Shown: in pieces, positions 60,517-64,000 of the stretch
Layout of the letters: each line of letters opens with the position of its first letter
How positions within the stretch are numbered: position 1 is the stretch's first letter
Origin: an uncultured archaeon
GTDB taxonomy: Archaea > Asgardarchaeota > Lokiarchaeia > Sigyniarchaeales > SOKP01
DNA length: 64,000 bases
Reading direction: 5' to 3'
Assembly: GCA_964486045.1 (NCBI GenBank)
Contig: CAZALK010000001.1
Location: 648,242 to 712,241, forward strand
Notes under the pieces: model-generated
Database searches by the model: none
What the model was told of the DNA's origin: nothing
Seen by the model: the letters and a program-made list of their open reading frames with translations, nothing else
Program-made: the position numbers and the translations under genes

Positions 60517-61692
60517 ATGGCTAAGAAGGGTAAGAAAGCAGAAAAAATTATTAAAGAATTTAACGAAAACATTGAATCTTTTACTGAAAATCTCACCATT
60601 CTAATGGAAAAAATTACTACCTATTTAGACACTACCAATAAATTAACTCTACTCGGTAGTCTATCGAACCACTCTCAAGAAACTCAAAACTTTCATAACG
60701 ATCTTCAAAAAAACGGTCTTGGGATCTTTCTCTGGTTTGAAAATGAATATCCAAATATATCAATGGTTTTTGATCAGTGTGGATTTTTACCCACCGTGGT
60801 AAAAATAAAGGATGTTAGGAAATGCATTGATGAGTATAACCAATTGATAAATCAAACTAACCAAAAATATAAAAATTTGATGAGATTAGAAACTCAAGAA
60901 TCACAAGAACTATTTAATAATACACATCTAGATCCTATCAAAAATCTCATTGTTAAATCTCATTTATGGCGAAAGATTGATGAAAATACAGTAATTTATA
61001 TAGATATATTCTTTAAAACTCTACCTGCTTTAACAATTTATATCGAATTGTTGTCAAAAGTAATAAGAATTGAATCAGCAAGACTTAAAGTATCAAAACG
61101 TAGAAAAGGAACAAAAAATGTATTTAAATCAACTGAACAACTGTTTAAGAGAATAAATAAGGAATTTTATAAAAAATGTCCCGAAAAAATTATAAAAGAT
61201 ATTCAAGAGCTGGGAGATTTTGGTAAAGAAATTACGGATAATTTAGATTATATTAAAGAACATAAAAGAGAAGAATTTTATAATTTGCTAGAGCTATCGA
61301 AGGATTTACACGAATTTCACATCGATTTAGTTAAATATGTATTACGTCTTTGGCACATCAATAAATATGGTAATAGGGATTATGTTAACAACTACAAAAT
61401 TAAACACCAATTTCCAAACATAAATTCAATCATTAATTTTTATATTAAACAACAGTTAATGCCCAATTTCCCAAATTTAAGCCGAATACTAATAGGGTTC
61501 TTCTTCCCCTTTGAAAAATATCGTCATATAGAATCTCATTCTGCCCCAAATTTTGAATTATCTGGTGATGAGAAATATATTTTTATTCCCCAAAAGGGAA
61601 AAAAAAGTAAGATAAAAGTAGATATAGGTGAATTTCAGACGCATATAAGAACTTATCAAAGTTTTATAGAAGCTATAGGTTTATATCGATAA
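60517..61692 (+). CDS. Helical protein with putative C-terminal HEPN domain
   Basis: YRHIESH (Rx4H) near the C-terminus. GAGGTGA RBS. Confidence 0.55.
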   Translation: MAKKGKKAEKIIKEFNENIESFTENLTILMEKITTYLDTTNKLTLLGSLSNHSQETQNFHNDLQKNGLGIFLWFENEYPNISMVFDQCGFLPTVVKIKDVRKCIDEYNQLINQTNQKYKNLMRLETQESQELFNNTHLDPIKNLIVKSHLWRKIDENTVIYIDIFFKTLPALTIYIELLSKVIRIESARLKVSKRRKGTKNVFKSTEQLFKRINKEFYKKCPEKIIKDIQELGDFGKEITDNLDYIKEHKREEFYNLLELSKDLHEFHIDLVKYVLRLWHINKYGNRDYVNNYKIKHQFPNINSIINFYIKQQLMPNFPNLSRILIGFFFPFEKYRHIESHSAPNFELSGDEKYIFIPQKGKKSKIKVDIGEFQTHIRTYQSFIEAIGLYR

Positions 61693-61694
61693 TC

Positions 61695-62237
61695 TTATGC
61701 CTTCTTTTTAATAACTAATGTGTGGTAATCTCCTTTTATATTTTCTGAAAATTCATTTGAAGTGTAGTTAAACCCTCTTATTTCACCATCTCCAGGATCA
61801 AAAAATAATAATTCAGTATCATTATATTCTACTGCTGTCCTTATATGAGCAACTTCCGCGTCTTGCCATCCAATAGGTTTGGGGTTATTCTTCTCCATTA
61901 TGGGGACTTTTATCATTTGTTTAAATGAAACTAAAACGGGTGTTTGGTTATCAATATTAGATTTAATATAGTCCACAACTTCTCTAAGTGAATGATTAAA
62001 ATCACCGATCCCTTTAAAAATAAATTCAAAATCTTTTAAAATTTTTGCTAATTCGGGACTAAGTTCTTTAAAGCCTAATGGTATGCTTCTCGTTTGACAA
62101 AAATACAACAATTTCAGTTCATCATAATTACTTTCTCCATAATATTTAAGAGCATTTTCTATGTTAACAGGTATACAACCTGCTGATGAATGCATTTGAA
62201 TTATTTTTAGATATTTTTCAAAATCGATTTTTGGCAT
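61695..62237 (-). CDS. Papain-fold C39-like cysteine peptidase
   Basis: Q..x..GC, PVLV, AH, FDP triad arrangement. Confidence 0.7.
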   Translation of the reverse strand: MPKIDFEKYLKIIQMHSSAGCIPVNIENALKYYGESNYDELKLLYFCQTRSIPLGFKELSPELAKILKDFEFIFKGIGDFNHSLREVVDYIKSNIDNQTPVLVSFKQMIKVPIMEKNNPKPIGWQDAEVAHIRTAVEYNDTELLFFDPGDGEIRGFNYTSNEFSENIKGDYHTLVIKKKA

Positions 62238-62352
62238 AAATGATTATTGGATAATTTTGTATAAAAAATTTGTCTTTTCTTTTTACTACCTGGCATTCCT
62301 CTAAACATTTTGGTTAAACTCGTTAGATTTAGATGATTCTACAATTTTTTAA

Positions 62353-62655
62353 TTATTCTGTTATTTCAAATGTTAATTTCATAGATTCCAGATATTCTTT
62401 TAACGGTTTTTTAACCTTAGGGAATTTATCACTTAAATAAATATAATCTTCTCGCTGTAAATCTACATAAGTACGTATTAAATCTTTCACAATTGCGTCT
62501 CTAATAAACTTCTTTGGTTTTATCTCAACAGTTTTGCAATAAATGTTTACAGCTTGAGCAAATTCTTGGGATAGTCGTAATGTGAATTTTGTACTAACAA
62601 TCTTCTTTCTAACAATAACTACCTTCTTAACCATATGTTTCAGTTTCAACTTCAT
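62353..62655 (-). CDS. Ribbon-helix-helix protein
   Basis: KFTLRLS strand followed by two helices (FIRDAI). Confidence 0.6.
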   Translation of the reverse strand: MKLKLKHMVKKVVIVRKKIVSTKFTLRLSQEFAQAVNIYCKTVEIKPKKFIRDAIVKDLIRTYVDLQREDYIYLSDKFPKVKKPLKEYLESMKLTFEITE

Positions 62656-62789
62656 AATGAATTAATCCTAAACTTTTCTTTTTATTTTAAAATTCAATAG
62701 AAATCTCAATAAAACTTATTTAGGAGTCTTTCCACTATTTATTTGAAGAAAAAAATCGAGGAATTAATTATTAATAAGTGAATTAACGA

Positions 62790-64000
62790 ATGAAGTTACA
62801 TCAAAATAAAAACAATTTGACATATAGTTATAATACAATTGATATTAAAGAAGCACTTACAAAATTGTCAAACCTTTTAATACTATTTCCATATCATCCT
62901 AGGAAATCTAAAATAGAGAATATAGGATGGTTAACTCCTCAAAAATTATTTCGTAAAAGTGATATCCCAAAAAGACCCTTTTGTGGCATTATTGAAACAT
63001 GTCATAGAAAAGGTTTTCCAGTGTTTAGAGATTGGCTTAATTATATTGAAAATAAAAGTCGAGATAAAAAAAACGTCATAGAAATTAGGAAAAAATTGGT
63101 AAATCATTTAAATGAGTGTATAAAAAATATTGGGTATCAAGAAGAAAATTCAAGAATAATTCTCAATAATCAATTTAAGGAGTTGTATATATGGATTAAA
63201 ATAATGTATGATAAAATCAACTATCTTAAGAATAAAGGGTGTTGGAGTTCAGAATTCTTACAGCAATTAAGAAGAAGAAAAGAAATTTGGGATGCTTACA
63301 AGCAATATCGCAAGATCAAAGCCAAGAAGAGGAGAAAAAAAGTTGATCAATATAATCAAAAAATGGAAGAATTAACGAAAGATGATAAAATTGATGCCTA
63401 TCTTAATAAATTATTCCCAATGAGTTATGACCAATATAAGATAGAAAGAAAACTTCCCAAAAGTTCTTCAGAAAAGGAAATACTAAGATGTAAATTAGTA
63501 AGAACTGAGTATAATTCATATGTTGCAAATTCTCTCTATGATGAGAAGCTTCCCTTAGAAATAATATTTACAAAAATTTTTCATTTCAAACATAACTTAA
63601 AAGAATTTAATATCTTAACTCCACAAGAATTTGATAATTTTATTAATGAAATATTACAATTAATGGGCTATGATTGGGTATCTTGTATTAATGGCGAATT
63701 AATGCTTATAGGATATAGTATAGAAGAAAAAGAGGAAAAAGAAGTCTTTAGATATTTAAAGAAATATCGAAAAGTAATCGAGAATCTTGAAAAAGCCAAA
63801 CAACACATATTGGAAGCAGACTGGAATAGTGTCCCTTTATATTGTTGTAAGGCTATTGAGCACTTTTATAAAAATTTATTAGGACAAAAAAAAGAATTTG
63901 AAAAATACTCAATATCTAGATTAACTCAAAAATTAATAGAGGAAAAGAATATAAATTCTCTCTTTAAAAATTCATCTATTGATATTAACGACGGAATAAA
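62790..64000 (+). CDS. AbiJ-like/HEPN-type protein, 3' truncated by window edge (absent from ORF track)
   Basis: Manual translation is open from ATG 62790 to the window end (>400 aa). The distal part VIENLEKAKQHILEADWNSVPLYCCKAIEHFYK resembles a HEPN N-terminal helix pair. Confidence 0.6.
   Translation, partial: MKLHQNKNNLTYSYNTIDIKEALTKLSNLLILFPYHPRKSKIENIGWLTPQKLFRKSDIPKRPFCGIIETCHRKGFPVFRDWLNYIENKSRDKKNVIEIRKKLVNHLNECIKNIGYQEENSRIILNNQFKELYIWIKIMYDKINYLKNKGCWSSEFLQQLRRRKEIWDAYKQYRKIKAKKRRKKVDQYNQKMEELTKDDKIDAYLNKLFPMSYDQYKIERKLPKSSSEKEILRCKLVRTEYNSYVANSLYDEKLPLEIIFTKIFHFKHNLKEFNILTPQEFDNFINEILQLMGYDWVSCINGELMLIGYSIEEKEEKEVFRYLKKYRKVIENLEKAKQHILEADWNSVPLYCCKAIEHFYKNLLGQKKEFEKYSISRLTQKLIEEKNINSLFKNSSIDINDGI

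Overview
A strongly AT-rich archaeal chromosome segment, most consistent with Lokiarchaeia (Asgard). The evidence is TFB, arcTGT, Trm5, RNase P Rpp30/Pop5, L15e, ABCE1 and RqcH, together with Roadblock, Rag-like GTPase, uDENN/longin and EMC6-like proteins. Most of 1-52 kb is core chromosome. It contains two tRNAs (Ile-GAT, and Arg-TCT with a D-loop insertion), a 1.4-kb Fic-carrying mini-island at tRNA-Ile and a frameshifted ~1210-aa multidomain gene. From 52.3 kb to the end is an accessory/defence-like region. Best signals not shown in the ORF track: (1) a 24-aa leader peptide with four Trp codons (WCWQWPW) upstream of trpB2, followed by U-tracts and hairpins, a candidate ribosome-mediated Trp attenuator in an Asgard archaeon; (2) a box C/D sRNA whose D+5 position maps to 23S G2251; (3) att duplication, inverted end repeats and four palindromes phased at 53 bp around the Fic gene; (4) a 1484-aa SMC with canonical condensin heads but neither hinge nor Zn-hook; (5) a FLCN/NPRL2-like longin protein with a putative Arg finger, divergent from a Rag-like GTPase operon; (6) a three-gene unit of membrane metallopeptidase, HerA/VirB4-like ATPase and giant repeat/Zn-ribbon nuclease. 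All family calls come from motif reading by eye; no searches were run.
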